Assembly (NCBI RefSeq): GCF_004010195.1 | Contig: NC_057753.1 | Location: 11,948,330 to 12,004,170, forward strand | Reading direction: 5' to 3' | Length of the DNA stretch: 55,841 bases | Origin: Chiloscyllium plagiosum | Lineage: Eukaryota | Shown here: piece by piece, positions 34,976 to 47,639 of the stretch | How the letters are laid out: each line of letters starts with the position of its first letter | Position numbering within the stretch: position 1 is the first letter of the stretch | Notes under the pieces: generated by a model | The model's database searches: none | Seen by the model: only the letters and a program-made list of their open reading frames with translations | What the model was told of the DNA's origin: nothing | Translations under genes and position numbers: made by a program

Positions 34976-36019
34976 GGAAATTTTACTGTTAGTAAAATCC
35001 ACAACTCGAGAGTGTTCACTCCAGTCACTGCAGTGGTCGGATTGCTGTTATTTTAAATTCACTCGTGGAACGTGAGAGTTATTGCTCAGGCCTGTGTCGT
35101 GTTGGCTAAAAAAAAAATGATACCATCAGGGTGGCAAGGTGGTTAGCACTGCTGCCAGACAGCACCAAGGACCCGGGTTCAATTCCAGCCTCGAGCGACT
35201 GTCTGCGTGGAGGAGTTTGCATGTCTTACCCCACCCCATGTCTGCGTGGCTTTCCTCCCACAGTCGAAAGATGTGCAGGTTAGGTGGACTGGCCCAGGCC
35301 AGGCCAAATTGTCCCATTGTCTCCAGGTTTGTGTAGGCTAGGTGGATTAGCCATGGGACATGCAGGGTTACGGGGAAAGGCTGCAGGGCTGCTCTTCGGA
35401 TGGAGCATGGTCTCGATGGGCTGCTTCCACCCCGTGGGGATTGTATGATTTAAGGGTACATAGAGATGTCCAGCATAGAAACAGACCCCTTCGGTCCAAC
35501 CCGTCCGTGCCGACCAGATATCCCTACCCAATCTAGTCCCATCTGCCACCAGCCCATGTCCCTCCAAACCCTTCCTATTCATATACCCATCCAGATGCCT
35601 CTTAAGTATTGCAATTGTACCAGCCTCCACCACATCCCTCTGGCAGCTCATTCCATACACTTACCACCCTCTGCATGCAAAGGTTGTCCCTTAGCGCTCT
35701 TTTATACGTGATAAATGAGCAGTTGAAGTACAATACATAAGCAACTCATTTCGACTGGCGGGGGGGGTGAATCTGTCTGACCTTGGAGAGGTCGGTCCAC
35801 TTGTGCGGTCGACACGGGGGCTACCTGGCCTCGTCACCTCACCTACTTTGGAGGGCTTGAAAAGTCCTGAAGTCATTCCAAAATGGGATTCAGCACGTAA
35901 CCTTCGCTTCGGACTTTTCGCCATCCAGCTGGACTATTGTGGAGTCGGAGATTAGACCCCACCCCCTTGTGTCAACACCCTCAAAGGAGGCAGTAAAAAG
36001 ACTCGGCTGTTTGTGCAGA

Positions 36020-36178
36020 CAGAGGAACAGCGATTATCCGAAGGACATGGGCAGAGAGAATTTCGTTCCGTTAATCAAATGCTGGATACAATCGTTAGCT
36101 ACGCATCGGGACTTCGCGATCGTGTTTGAATCATCCAAAATTCGGTTAATTGAATGCCGGATAATCGAGGTTCCTCTG
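36020..36178. mobile_element. MITE with ~21-bp terminal inverted repeats (Tc1/pogo/Tigger-like)
   Basis: CAGAGGAACAGCGATTATCCG ... CGGATAATCGAGGTTCCTCTG (2 mismatches). Confidence 0.75.
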
Positions 36179-38659
36179 GATGTGTATATTACGTATTTTA
36201 AGTGAACAGATTTACTCACAAGATTGCCTATGTCTCTATATAAAGTCGGTTAAGTTAATAAATTTGCTTCCTGTTAAAAATGCTCATACTTGCTTGCATT
36301 AATTTTGATCAGACCTTACAGCCTAACAACACAGCCAGCACCTATTACTCATCCTTAGTTGCCCAGAGGACATTAAAGAGCAACCAGGTCTCCTCAAATT
36401 TCTATAAGGCTGAGGGGTGACCTTATAGAGGTTTATAAAAATCGTGAGAGGTGCGGGTTGAGGTAATAGTCAAGGTCATTTTCCACAGGGAGGAGGGGGG
36501 TGGGGGGAGCCCAGAACTGGAGGGTGTCGGTTTAAGTTGAGGGGGGGGGGGGGGGAAAAAAATTTAAAAAAGGGACCTAAGGGGTAACTTTTTCAGGGGA
36601 TGGTGTGTGTGTGGAACGAGCTGCAACAGGTGATGGAGGAGGCTGCTACAATTACATCAACATCTGGATAAAATGGGGCTAGATTAACGTAGGATATCTG
36701 GTCGGCCTGGACGCTTCGGACCAAAGGGGCTGTTTCCATGCTCTCTGCCTCTAACCACACTTCTCGTGGGTCGATAGATACGAAGCTGGAAAAGCACAGC
36801 CGGCCAGGTAGCACCCAAGCAGGAGGAAAGTCTGCGTTTCAGGTGGAAACTCTATGTCCTGATCTGCTGTGCTCTTCCAGCTTCACATCTACCAAGTCTG
36901 ACTGCCAACATCTGCAATCCTTACGGTCTCCTAGCTACATTTCGTATGGGTCTGGACAATGATTGCAGATTCCCCCGCCCCGCGGTACGTGTGTGAACCA
37001 GATGGGTTTTCTGTACAGCCAACGTTTTCTTAACCAGCATCCTCAGCAGCAAAATTGTGCCGTTGTGCAGATACCCCTGATAAATCAAGGAGGTCCACAC
37101 CGTCAAATATAATCGTAAAAACGCCCACATTAAGGAATAGAAAAGTAATGCAGGAGAGGGGTGTACACGTCACTGTTATACTTTATTTATGGCATAAAAT
37201 CACTTAAATGGTAATGCAACTGTGCCTTGAATGAAACTTATCAACAGAGAGCCTCATCACTTGCACGCTCAGCTGACAACTCAGACGTGGTGTCATTTGA
37301 GGAGAAATTGACATTTCGCGTGGCCATTATTGAACAAGTATATTTACGCTGATGTACATAAAAGGCTATAATAACTGGACAGAATAATACAGTAAACTTT
37401 GCAGTATTTGAGGTACATAATTGTTGCCGGTGATCAAAACAAAAACGTTTGTAAGAATTACAATCGACTGTGTTTGTGCGTGACCACCATGAAGCTAGTA
37501 AAAAAAAAAGGCAGCAAAAATTCAGTGAGTTTAAAATTGCCTCACCTGCCATGTGCTGGAATCATAGATTGGGTTCTGGATGACACATTACCATAAGGTT
37601 ACCTGTAGCTTCCGAATCTGCTGCTAAATCACATCCAGGACTGAAACATATTCTTAGAGTCAGAGAGATGTACAGCACGGAAACAGGCCCTTCGGTCCAA
37701 CCCGTCCATGCTGACCCAGATATCCCAACCCAATCTAGTCCCACCTGCCGGCACCTGGCCCATATCCCTCCAAGCCCTTCCTGTTCATATACCCAGATGC
37801 CTTTTAAATGTAGCAATTGTACCAGCCTCCACCACTTCCGCTGGCAGCTCACTCTATATAAGTACCACCCTCTGCGTGAAAAAAATTGCCCCTTAAATCT
37901 CTTTTATATCTTTTCCCCTCTCACCCTAACCCTATGCACTCTAGTTCTGGACTCACCCAGCCCAGGGAAAAAAAAAGCTGTCTATTTATCCTCTCCATGC
38001 CCCTCATGATTTTATAAAAGTCACCCCTCAGCCTCCGACGCTCCAGGGAAAACAGACCCAACCTGTTCAGTCTCTTCCTGTAGCTCAAATCCTCCAAATC
38101 TAAATTAAACTCCATCTGCCACCTCTCAGCCCGTTGGCCCATCTGATCAACTCTAGCTCAGTTATAGGACTCAATACTCTCAAATGAAGTCAAATTAAAT
38201 CAGTTGGAACAAATTACTGCAGATGCTGGGATCTGTACTGAAAGCAACAAATGCTGGAGATCACAGCAGGTCAGACATGCAGGGAGTGTAAGCTAACAGA
38301 GTCTCGGTGACTCTTCCAGATCAGTTATTTGTTGTTTAACACACATGATGAAGAATTTCTTTTTGATATGTATAACTGCATTGTGTATTCATGGTTCTTC
38401 ATACTGGATATGCCAACAAATGGAAACATTCTGTCCACATAAAACTGTCTAACCCGTTCAGAATTTTAAAGGACAAACATGTCTTCTCTTGGTTCGAGTT
38501 TGCTGTGTGTAAATAGCCCTGCCTGACCTGCTGCGAAAGGTGCTTACAGACTCCATCCCAGTCAGTCCACGATTGAAATTTAACAGAATCCCCGCAGCAT
38601 GGAAGCAGGCCATTCAACCCATGCCGACCCTACGATAGAGCAACCCCACCCCCCCCAAA

Positions 38660-39620
38660 GCATTTAGGACCATTTGGCGTGGCCTGTTTGGCACAGCCTA
38701 TTTTGCCGCAGACCCATTTAGGTGGAGAAGTATTTTGGCGCAGATATACGGTAGTCATCAACGAAAATCAGCATAATAGTAGAATTATTAAATGGGTAGT
38801 TTCCACTAGTTTGTAGTTATTATTAAAATAACTAGTCAAAAGCAAAACAAACTGCAGAGGGAACTTTACAAGTGATTGATGAGTGCCTAGAAAATTTGTC
38901 GGAAGCTTGCCAAGAAACGATGCCCTAACAACAGAGCGCTGAAGAAAATGGTTTGTAGGACAAGGAAAGAAATTGCTGCTTACCCAGTAAATCCAAGAAA
39001 TTTAGAAGAACTTGTAATTCCAGATAGCTTTAAAACATATTCTATTAATGAATATAACGAAGAACAATTTTTTACTAGCCGACAGCGGTAGCACCACCTG
39101 CAGAATTCTTATATTCGGAAGAAAAAAGAATGCAGAGTTTCTGAAACAATCAAAAAGGTTATGTGTTGATGGAACGTTCAAAATTTCCCCACCTCTGTTT
39201 TCAGACGTTTATGTTATTTTAGGAGAAATACATAAAAGTGTGTTCCCACTGTTGTATGCTTTAATCCCAAATAAGTTACGAACAATAAATTATTTGAAGT
39301 GGTTCTGGAAAGACAGCCTGAACACCGCCCTGACATTATCAACTGTGACTTTGAACTTGTACATCTTGTAGCAGGGCACGATATTCCGTTGTAATTAAAG
39401 AAATTCAGGGAATTTAATGGGTTATTTTTTTTTATATAAGTTTTGAGGAACCACGGTTACAAGTGGACTAATCACAGACTAAATGCAGTTGATACAGAAA
39501 TAACTGGAAACTATCCATTAAATAATTCTACTATTATATTGTCTTTCTTTCATGACTACCGTATATCTGCGCCAAAATGAGTCTGTGGAAAAGTAGGCTG
39601 CGCTGAATGGTCCCACTCCA
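38660..39620 (+). mobile_element. Mutator-like (MULE) DNA transposon, internally deleted, with long TIRs
   Basis: TIRs share TTTTGGCGCAGATATACGGTAGTCAT...ATAATAGTAGAATTATT; peptide ILIFG...LCVDGTFKISPPLFSDVYVI...VFPLLYALIPNK; candidate 9-bp TSD CCCCCCAAA/ACCCCCAAA; inserted into an HE1 SINE. Confidence 0.85.
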
Positions 39621-40694
39621 ACCCCCAAATCCTGCATTTCCCTTTTGCTAATCCACCTCGCCTGCACATCTCTGGACACAAAGGGGCAATTTAGCGTGGC
39701 TAATCCACCCTAACCTGCCCATCTTTGGGCTGTGGGAGGAAGGCCGTGCAGACGCGGAGTGGGGGGGGGGGGGGGGGGGAAGAATGCACAAACAGACACA
39801 GTCGCCCGAGGCTGGAATCGAACCCGGGTCCCACGTGAGGCAGCAGTGCTAACCACTGAGACAGTGTGTTCTGCAATTGTCTGTCCTCTTGCTCACTGGG
39901 CTGAGGATGACCACATTCACGTCCTCCACCATGTTGCTCCGTGTAAAGATGTCAGCCACGCGAATCAAGAGTCTCCTCCCCAATGCAGGCCTTTCACCTT
40001 ATCTTTAATGTTGCCTTGTCTCTCTGATGCTCTCACAGTTAGTTACCTGCTGAGGTAACTTCTGAGACAAACACACAAGAGCAGAAATCAGGCCATTCAG
40101 CCGATCGGGTCAGCTCCAACATTCAGTCGTGGCTGATAAGCTTCTCAACCCCATGCTCCCCAGAACCCTTGATATTCAAGAACCTATTTAACTCAACCTT
40201 AAACATGCTCTGTGACCTGGCCTCCACAGCCTTCTGTGGTAGTGAATTCCTTAGATTCACCACTCTCTGGCTGAAGAAGTTTCTTCTTATCTCCATTCTA
40301 AAAGGTCTCTTCCCTCTACTCTAAGGCTGTGCCCTCAGGTCTTAGACTCTCCTACCAATGAGAACACCTTCCCAGCATCTACTCTATCCAGTAGATTTAG
40401 TACTCTGTATGTTTCATTCCCTCCGCCCCCCCCCCATATCCTTCTAAACTCCATTGAGGATAAAACCAGAGTTCTCAAATGTTGCTCATGTGTTCAGCTT
40501 TTCATTCCTAGGACCATACAACCACATCCTATGGTTGTGAATTTAACATCTGCTTCCTATCTGTTGAAAGAAATACTTGCCGGTTCCCTGTTGGACGTCC
40601 TGAGTCTGCATCATGTATGTACGGCCTCCACTGTTACCAGACACCAATAAGGGGAAGTGTTCCAGCATGTTCAGGATATTAAAAGACAATACCA

Positions 40695-42460
40695 ACCCTG
40701 GCAACATCCTTGTCAATCTTTTCCGCAGCCTTTAAAGTTTCACAACGCCTTTCCTGTTGCAGGCGAAACCGGAACTAAATGCAGTATTCCAAAATGTGGC
40801 CTCACCGATGTGCTGCACAGCTGCATCACGACCTCCCAACTTCAGTACCTGATCTACTGACCAATAAAAACAAGTGTACCAACAGTCACCTTCACTGTCC
40901 TGCCTACCTGCGATTCCACCTGCAAAAGGAACTATGAACCTGCACCCCAAGGTCTCTTTGCTCAGCAACGTTCCCCAAGATCCTGCTATTAAGTAAGAGT
41001 CCTGCTCTGATTCGCCCTTCCGAAACGCAGCACCTCTCATTTATCTAAATTAAACTCCACCTGCCACTCCTGAGCCCTTCTGATGTACTCAGAGCTGACC
41101 TTCATTGTCCGCTGCACCAATTTTAATGACATCTGCAAACTTATTAACCATTCCTCTTGCGTTCACATCAAAATCATTAATATTAAAGTGTCAGGAAGGC
41201 AGTGGACCCAGCACCAATCCCTTGTGGCACAACACTAGTCACAGGCCTCCAGTCTGAAAAGCAACCCTGTGTCCCCTACCTTCAAGCCAATTTTGTATCC
41301 AAGAGCGAGCTTTCCCTGTGATCTCACCTTGCTAACCAGTCTACTGTGCGGAATCTGGTCAAATGCCTTGCTTAGGTCCACACAGACAATGTCCAACTCT
41401 CTGCCTTCAATCTTCTTCAAAAGACAATCAAATTATTTACCCAGCTTTATGCACTTTAAGACATCCAGCACCTCATCCTCTCTGATGTGGACACTTAAGA
41501 CATCACTATTTATTTCTCCAGCTTCCTTATCCTCGTTTAGTATCTCGCCCATCTCTCTTGCAGTTGCACACAGAGGGCCTTGTTGATCTTTTGCGGGGGA
41601 TGGGGGGGCTCCCCTCTCCCTGATTCCTCTTTTGTCATTGATATATTTGTAGAGTCCCTTTGGATTCTCCTTCAGCCTTTTTGCCCTCATGATTTCCCTC
41701 TTCAGCATATTCCTCCTGGCCTTGAGGGATTCGCTCTATCCCCAGCTGTCCAGACCTGCCACAATGCCTCCTTTCTCTTGACCAGGGCCTCAAATTCTGT
41801 CATCCAGCATTCCCTACCAACCTTGGCCCTTCATGCTAACAGGAACGTACTGCCTCTCATTCTTGAAGGCCTCTCACTTTCCAGCCGTCCCTTTACCCGC
41901 GAGTATCTGCCCCGGTCAGCTTTTGAAAATTCTTGTTAAAATTGGCAAATTTAGAACTTTAAACTTTTTGATATATCTATTGTGTTTCCATAACTAATTT
42001 TGACAGGAACAAAATTACCAGTGGCCCCAAAGAGCTCCCCCCACTGACCTCAGTCACTCGTCCTATTTCCCAAGAAAAGGTCACATTCTGCTCCTTGTCT
42101 GGTGCGTACATCACACACTGAATGGTGACATTTTCCTGTACACACTTAAATTCCTTTCCATACAAGCCCTTAATACTGTGGCAGCCCTAGTCTATGCTTG
42201 GACAATTAAAACCCCCTTACCATCATGAGCCTATCATTCTTACAGATAACAGATCTCCTTTCAAACTTGCTTCTTGAATTTCCCACTGACTATTGGGGTG
42301 GGGGGTGGGAAGGGAGGGCCCCACAATACAATCCCAATTCGGTGATCATCCCTTTCATATCTCAGTTCCATCCAGTGGATGTACTTCCAAGAATATCTTC
42401 CCATAATGTCATCCCTAACCAAAAACACCACTCTGAACGGGGAACAACCCTCCACCTCCA
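40695..42460 (-). mobile_element. Old CR1 LINE ORF2 remnant
   Basis: VDLSKAFDQIPH, LKENPKGLYKYI, EMGEILNE fragments. Confidence 0.85.
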
Positions 42461-42517
42461 TCCTCGGTCTCCTACCATCAAGCCAACTTTGGCTAGCTCT
42501 CCCTGGATCCCACGTTT

Positions 42518-43156
42518 TTAGATTAGATTAGATTACTTAGTGTGGAAACAGGCCCTTCGGCCCAACAAGTCCACACTGACCCTCCGAAGAGCAACCAACC
42601 CACACCCATTCCCCTGCATTTTACCCTTTCACCTAACACTGCGGGCAATTTAGCATGGCCAATTCACCTAACCTGCACATTTTTGGACTGTGGGAGGAAA
42701 CCAGAGCACCCGGAGGAAACCCACGCAGACACGGGGAGAATGTGCAAACTCCACACAGACAATTGCCTGAGGCGGGAATCGAACCCCAGTCTCTGGCGCT
42801 GTGAGGCAGCAGTGCTAACCACTTTGCCACCGTGCCGCCCACAAACGTTAGCCAACCTTTACATTACATTACATTACATTACAGTGTGGAAACAGGCTCT
42901 TCGGCCCAACAAGTCCACACCGACCCGCTGAAGCGCAACCCATCCATACCCCTACATTTACCTAACACTACGGGCAATTTAGCATGGCCATTTCACCTGA
43001 CCGGAACATCTTTGGACTGTGGGAGGAAACCGGAGCACCCGGAGGAAACCCACGCAGACACGGGGAGAACGTGCAAACTCCACACAGTCAGTTGCCTGAG
43101 GCGGGAATTGAAGCCAGGTCTCTGGCGCTGTGGGGCAGCAGTGCTAACCACTGTGC
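42518..43156 (-). mobile_element. Two head-to-tail HE1 V-SINEs (42518-42840, 42858-43156)
   Basis: Two SINE bodies with different tails, (ATTAG)n and (ATTAC)n on the + strand. Confidence 0.9.
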
Positions 43157-45088
43157 TTACTCAGCAGTCTATTGACTGCCCTGCCTTCATCCACCGTTTC
43201 GGTCACCTCTTCAACATAAACTCAATCAAGTTTGAGACACACGATTTCCGACAGCGTTGAAACACGGGAACGTGTGAAATAACAGACGGTTCAGGTGCTG
43301 ACTGGGATGGAATGACTGGGCAGACAGGGAACGCCAGGTATAACACAGCACTGTCACCCAGCTGTAGGAGCTCCAAATGGTCTCATTCAAATCACTCAAT
43401 GGGATTCCCCAGAGGCTCAGAAATACACAAAGATACATCTACACACTCTTGATGAAACACACACACACACACACACCCAACTTAAACAGGCACATTCACA
43501 TACACACTGAACTTCCTGTCCAATTGGACGGCCAACAGCAACCCCACTGTTCAATTGGTTCGTTAAAAATCTTGGTACCTGGAAGCTCATGATGCCAGAG
43601 AAAGCAGTCTAAGGATCGTGCGAGAGACTGACCTTCCAAGTTCACTTCCGTTCTCTGAAACTGTTTAATCTACACAGAGTGAGCAATGACACATTAACAA
43701 TGACACCCGGCGACCAACCCCCAGTCAGAGATTGCGCTCGACACAGGAAACATTAGCCTCTACATGTCCTGTCGAAATCACAGACGATACTAAAACCGCA
43801 CAAATGTGATGATGAAGGGAGATGAGAGAGAAAGACGATGGCGCCGTTGCGATTTGGTGATCAGACGCTCCGGTGAAATCAAACTGATGGAAGTTGCATC
43901 GTCGCTTATAATTTACAAACAGAATTGCGACGTCCGTGTGCTGCCTCACTCACATCTTCCGTGAACATCGCATTGGAGATTTAAGAGCAAGTGGCCCCAC
44001 TGCATCTTGCACAAAATCACTTTCGCCACACAGGCACGCCTGCTCTTGAATAGTTTGCCCCAGCTCAGAGGGACGTTACAGGGACCACTACTTCCGAATG
44101 ACACTGCTCTATCGCCACAGGAAACAGGAGCCCATTGTCCAGGCTGACCCTCCACTGAGGGACTACTGCCCAGAGACAGGCAGCATCCTTCATGTAGGGC
44201 ACGTGGCAGCTCTGAAAACACCACCTTCCAATCCCTCTTTGTAGAGGCAAGCCCGTAAAAGGAAAAGCCTTCCCTTAAATCAGCACCTCCCGGTCAGAGG
44301 AGAAGGGTTCATCTTTCTGCTGGTTTCTCAAAATGCGCACAGATGCTTCAATTATCTTTTCAAATCGAATCAAAAAGCCATTCTGCGTTTTACAGGATGT
44401 GTGTTTTTTTTTAAAATATTCCACCTTGCACAAAAAAAAGGTCACTTTTCCCCCCCGCTGTTTGTTCTTCAGGTAACTTTGCAAATAACTATAATAAAGC
44501 TGAAGACACACAGAAGACTAAAGACAGTTGTTTGGTCGCTCAGAACTTGAGGATTTGAAAAAAATAAAAAGATTCGTGTTGCTCTAATGAGCATGAGACC
44601 ACGCAAAAAAAAAAAAGCTGTAACAAAATGCGCCATTTTTCAAGCAATTGCTGAGAGCAAAATAGTTAGCCTTCGTCGTTAAGCTGCAGCTTTGACATTC
44701 CTTGACCAAAAATATTTGGGAGATTGTTCCTCTGATGATCTATTGGCACAGAACCACAGTCTGCAAGCAGATAAGAGCATTTTAAAAGTGACCCCCGTCA
44801 CACTGAGTAAGATGTCCCCGTCGTTTCAATCATCGTTCTTTCGTAATGTGACAGTTTAGCGTATCCTCAAGTTCTGGGAAAATAAAAAAGGTCATGTCGG
44901 AATTGAAAACGTTAACTCTGTCCTTCTCTCGGGATCCGATGAGTCACTTCCAATATTTTCTGTCCCACAAAATAGTAAACTTCAGCCAGTTTATTGAGTC
45001 GTTAACATTGGCAGACGCAAACCTAATGACGTCAGTTGCATCTGAGATGGACAGTCTACTGTCAGCACAGAAAAGCAGTGCAGTCTGG

Positions 45089-45679
45089 TTACCTATGGAT
45101 TTGCTGGTGTCTCAGGAGGTGTTGCGATTGAGTGAACTCCATCCCACAGACCGAGCAGCTGAAAGGCTGATCCACACTGTGGACCCGCTGGTGTGTCAGC
45201 AGCTGGGATGACCACGGGAATCCTTTCCCGCACACGGAGCAGGTGAACGGCTTCTCCCCCGTGTGAGTGCGCCGGTGCTCCTGGAGGTCGCTCGCCTGCC
45301 TGAAGGTCTTCCCGCAGGACGCGCACCTGTACGGGCCCTCCTTCGTGTGGAAGTAGTGGTGCGACTGGACGGCGTCTATCTGATCGAACCTCTCCCCGCA
45401 CACGAAGCAAGCGAACGGCTTCTGCCCCGTGTGAATCCGCTGGTGCTCGGTGAGCAGGGAGGAAGACTTGAAGCCGTGCCCGCAGGTCGTGCAGCTGAAC
45501 GGCTTCTCCTCGGTGTGGACCCGCTGGTGCAGGGAAAGGCCGGACGACTGAGTGAACCTCCTCCCGCACTCGGAGCAGGTGAACGGCCTCTCCCCGGTGT
45601 GAATGCGCCGGTGTATATCCAGCCGGGACGAACAAGTGAACCTTTTACCGCAGTCCTCACACTTCCACGGTTTCTCCAT
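45089..45679 (-). CDS. Tandem C2H2 zinc-finger protein, 7 fingers, about 196 aa (ZNF-C)
   Basis: MEKPWKC start in GCGCCATGG context; 7 fingers; acceptor TTCCTTTTCCAG| at 46004; minus-strand AATAAA at 44990-44995. Confidence 0.9.
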   Translation of the reverse strand: MEKPWKCEDCGKRFTCSSRLDIHRRIHTGERPFTCSECGRRFTQSSGLSLHQRVHTEEKPFSCTTCGHGFKSSSLLTEHQRIHTGQKPFACFVCGERFDQIDAVQSHHYFHTKEGPYRCASCGKTFRQASDLQEHRRTHTGEKPFTCSVCGKGFPWSSQLLTHQRVHSVDQPFSCSVCGMEFTQSQHLLRHQQIHR

Positions 45680-46129
45680 GGCGCTGGTTGTGTGTGTCTC
45701 TCTTGACCGCACGAGTGATTCTTTCACCACTGAGAGTAGTGGGGTACTGTTTCAGGCTATTCAGGCTCTTGGCACAGTGAATGCGCTCGAACACCCTCCC
45801 TTGAGAGTGTGTGCGTGTGTCTCAGTGCTTTTCCACTCTCACCTGATTGAAATGTTCTCCCCTGTACACAATAGAGGAACGTTTCTCCTTCCACATTCCA
45901 AACCTGACAATCGCCAAATACCTGATGAATCGAGCAACTCTATTCAATCTTGATGTGATGCTTGGTTTCCATTTCCCAACTTCAAATCATATCCTTCCGA
46001 TACCTGGAAAAGGAACATATAAAATGATTAACTGTACACAGAGCTAGAGATTCAGAACAACAATTACAGTTACTTCAGAATAGTATTTTTCTCCGCCTCT
46101 TGTTCCCTCAAAGTTACAAATCCTCATCC

Positions 46130-47085
46130 CATACAGTTTCTTCCCACAGAACTTTTCCTATTCACGTATCTATCCAAAAGTCTTTTCAATGTTATAACTG
46201 TTCCCACACCTACCACTTCCTCTGGCAGCTCATTCCAAATGTGAACTACCTTGTGAGAGAAAAAGTTGTCGCTCAGTTCCCTTTGAAATCTATCTTTCTC
46301 CTCTCCCCCTAGTTTCAAACAGTCCCACCCTAGGGAAAAAGACCTGCACTGTTCACCTTATTTATGCCCCTCAGGATTTCATAAGCTTCCACAAGTTTGC
46401 CCCTCCGCCTCCCACACTCCAGTGACAACATCCAAGTGAATCTTTTCTGAACCCTCTCCAATTTAATAATATCCTTCCTATAGCGGGCCGACCAGAACTG
46501 TGCACAGTACTCCAAAAGTGGCCTCGTCGAAATCCCTGTACAACATCAATATGATGTCCCAACTCCTATACTCAAAAGGAATGAGCAATGAAGGTGAGTA
46601 TGCTAGATGGCTTTTTAACCACCCTATCTGCGATGCAACTTTCAAATAACTATGCTCCCGAACACCTAGGACTCTCTGCTCAAATACAACAGCATTTAAA
46701 AGGCATCTGGATGGGGACATGAACAGAAAGTATTTAGAGGGATATGGGCCAAATGGGACTAGATTAATTGGGAATATATGGACAGCTCGGGCAAAGTGTG
46801 TTTCCATCCTATAGATCTCTATGATAACACTACCTTGAGCTCTGTCATTACCTGTATAATTCATTCTCTTGTTTTTTTTAACCAAAATACAACACCTCGC
46901 ATTTATCCAAATTAAACTCCATCTGCCACTCCTCAGCCCACTGAGCCAAATCGATTAAGAACACTTTGCAGTCAAGATAACCATCCTCACTGTCCAATGG
47001 ATCACCAATTTTGGTGCCATCTGCAAACTTACCACACTTTCGATATTCACATCCAAATCATTTACATAAATGACCAACAGCAAAC
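46130..47085 (-). mobile_element. CR1 LINE fragments in the predicted ZNF-C intron
   Basis: EYCAQFWS, ERVQKRFT and VVHIWNELP peptides. Confidence 0.85.
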
Positions 47086-47639
47086 CCAGTTATAGAGTCA
47101 CGGGGTTGCATAGCACAAAAACAGACTAGTCGCAGCACCAGGGTCCCGGGTTCGGTTCCAGCCTCGGGCACATTCTCCCCGTGTCTGCGTGGGTTTCCTC
47201 CCACAGTCACAAAGATGTGCAGGGCAGGTGAATTGGCCCTGCTAAATTGTCCAGAGTGTTAGGTGCATTAGTCAGAGGGAAATGGGTCTGGGTGGGTTAC
47301 CCCCCCGGAGGATCGGGGGGGGGGGGGGTGGACTGGCGGGGCCGAAGGGCCCGTTTCCACGCTGTAAGGAATCTAACGTAACCTCATCCCTGCCGACTAG
47401 ACGCCCCAAATTAATCCAGTTGCATTTCTCAGCACTTGGCCCATAGCCCTCTACACCCTTCCTATTCACGTATCCGTCCAGATGCCTTTTAAGTGCTGTC
47501 ATTGTACCAGCTTGCCCCTTTTTAAATCTTTGCAATCTCACCCTAAACCCATGCCCTCCAGTTCTGGGCTGAGCTGTTTTATTACCTCCCCCCCTTCCCC
47601 CTTAACGTATGACAGAGCACACCCACCACCAGGCCCTGA

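Noticed and set aside
44230..44290. MALAT1-like triple-helix element (minus strand GAAGGCTTTTCCTTTT)
   Set aside because: No second U-rich tract, A-rich tract or tRNA-like structure follows.
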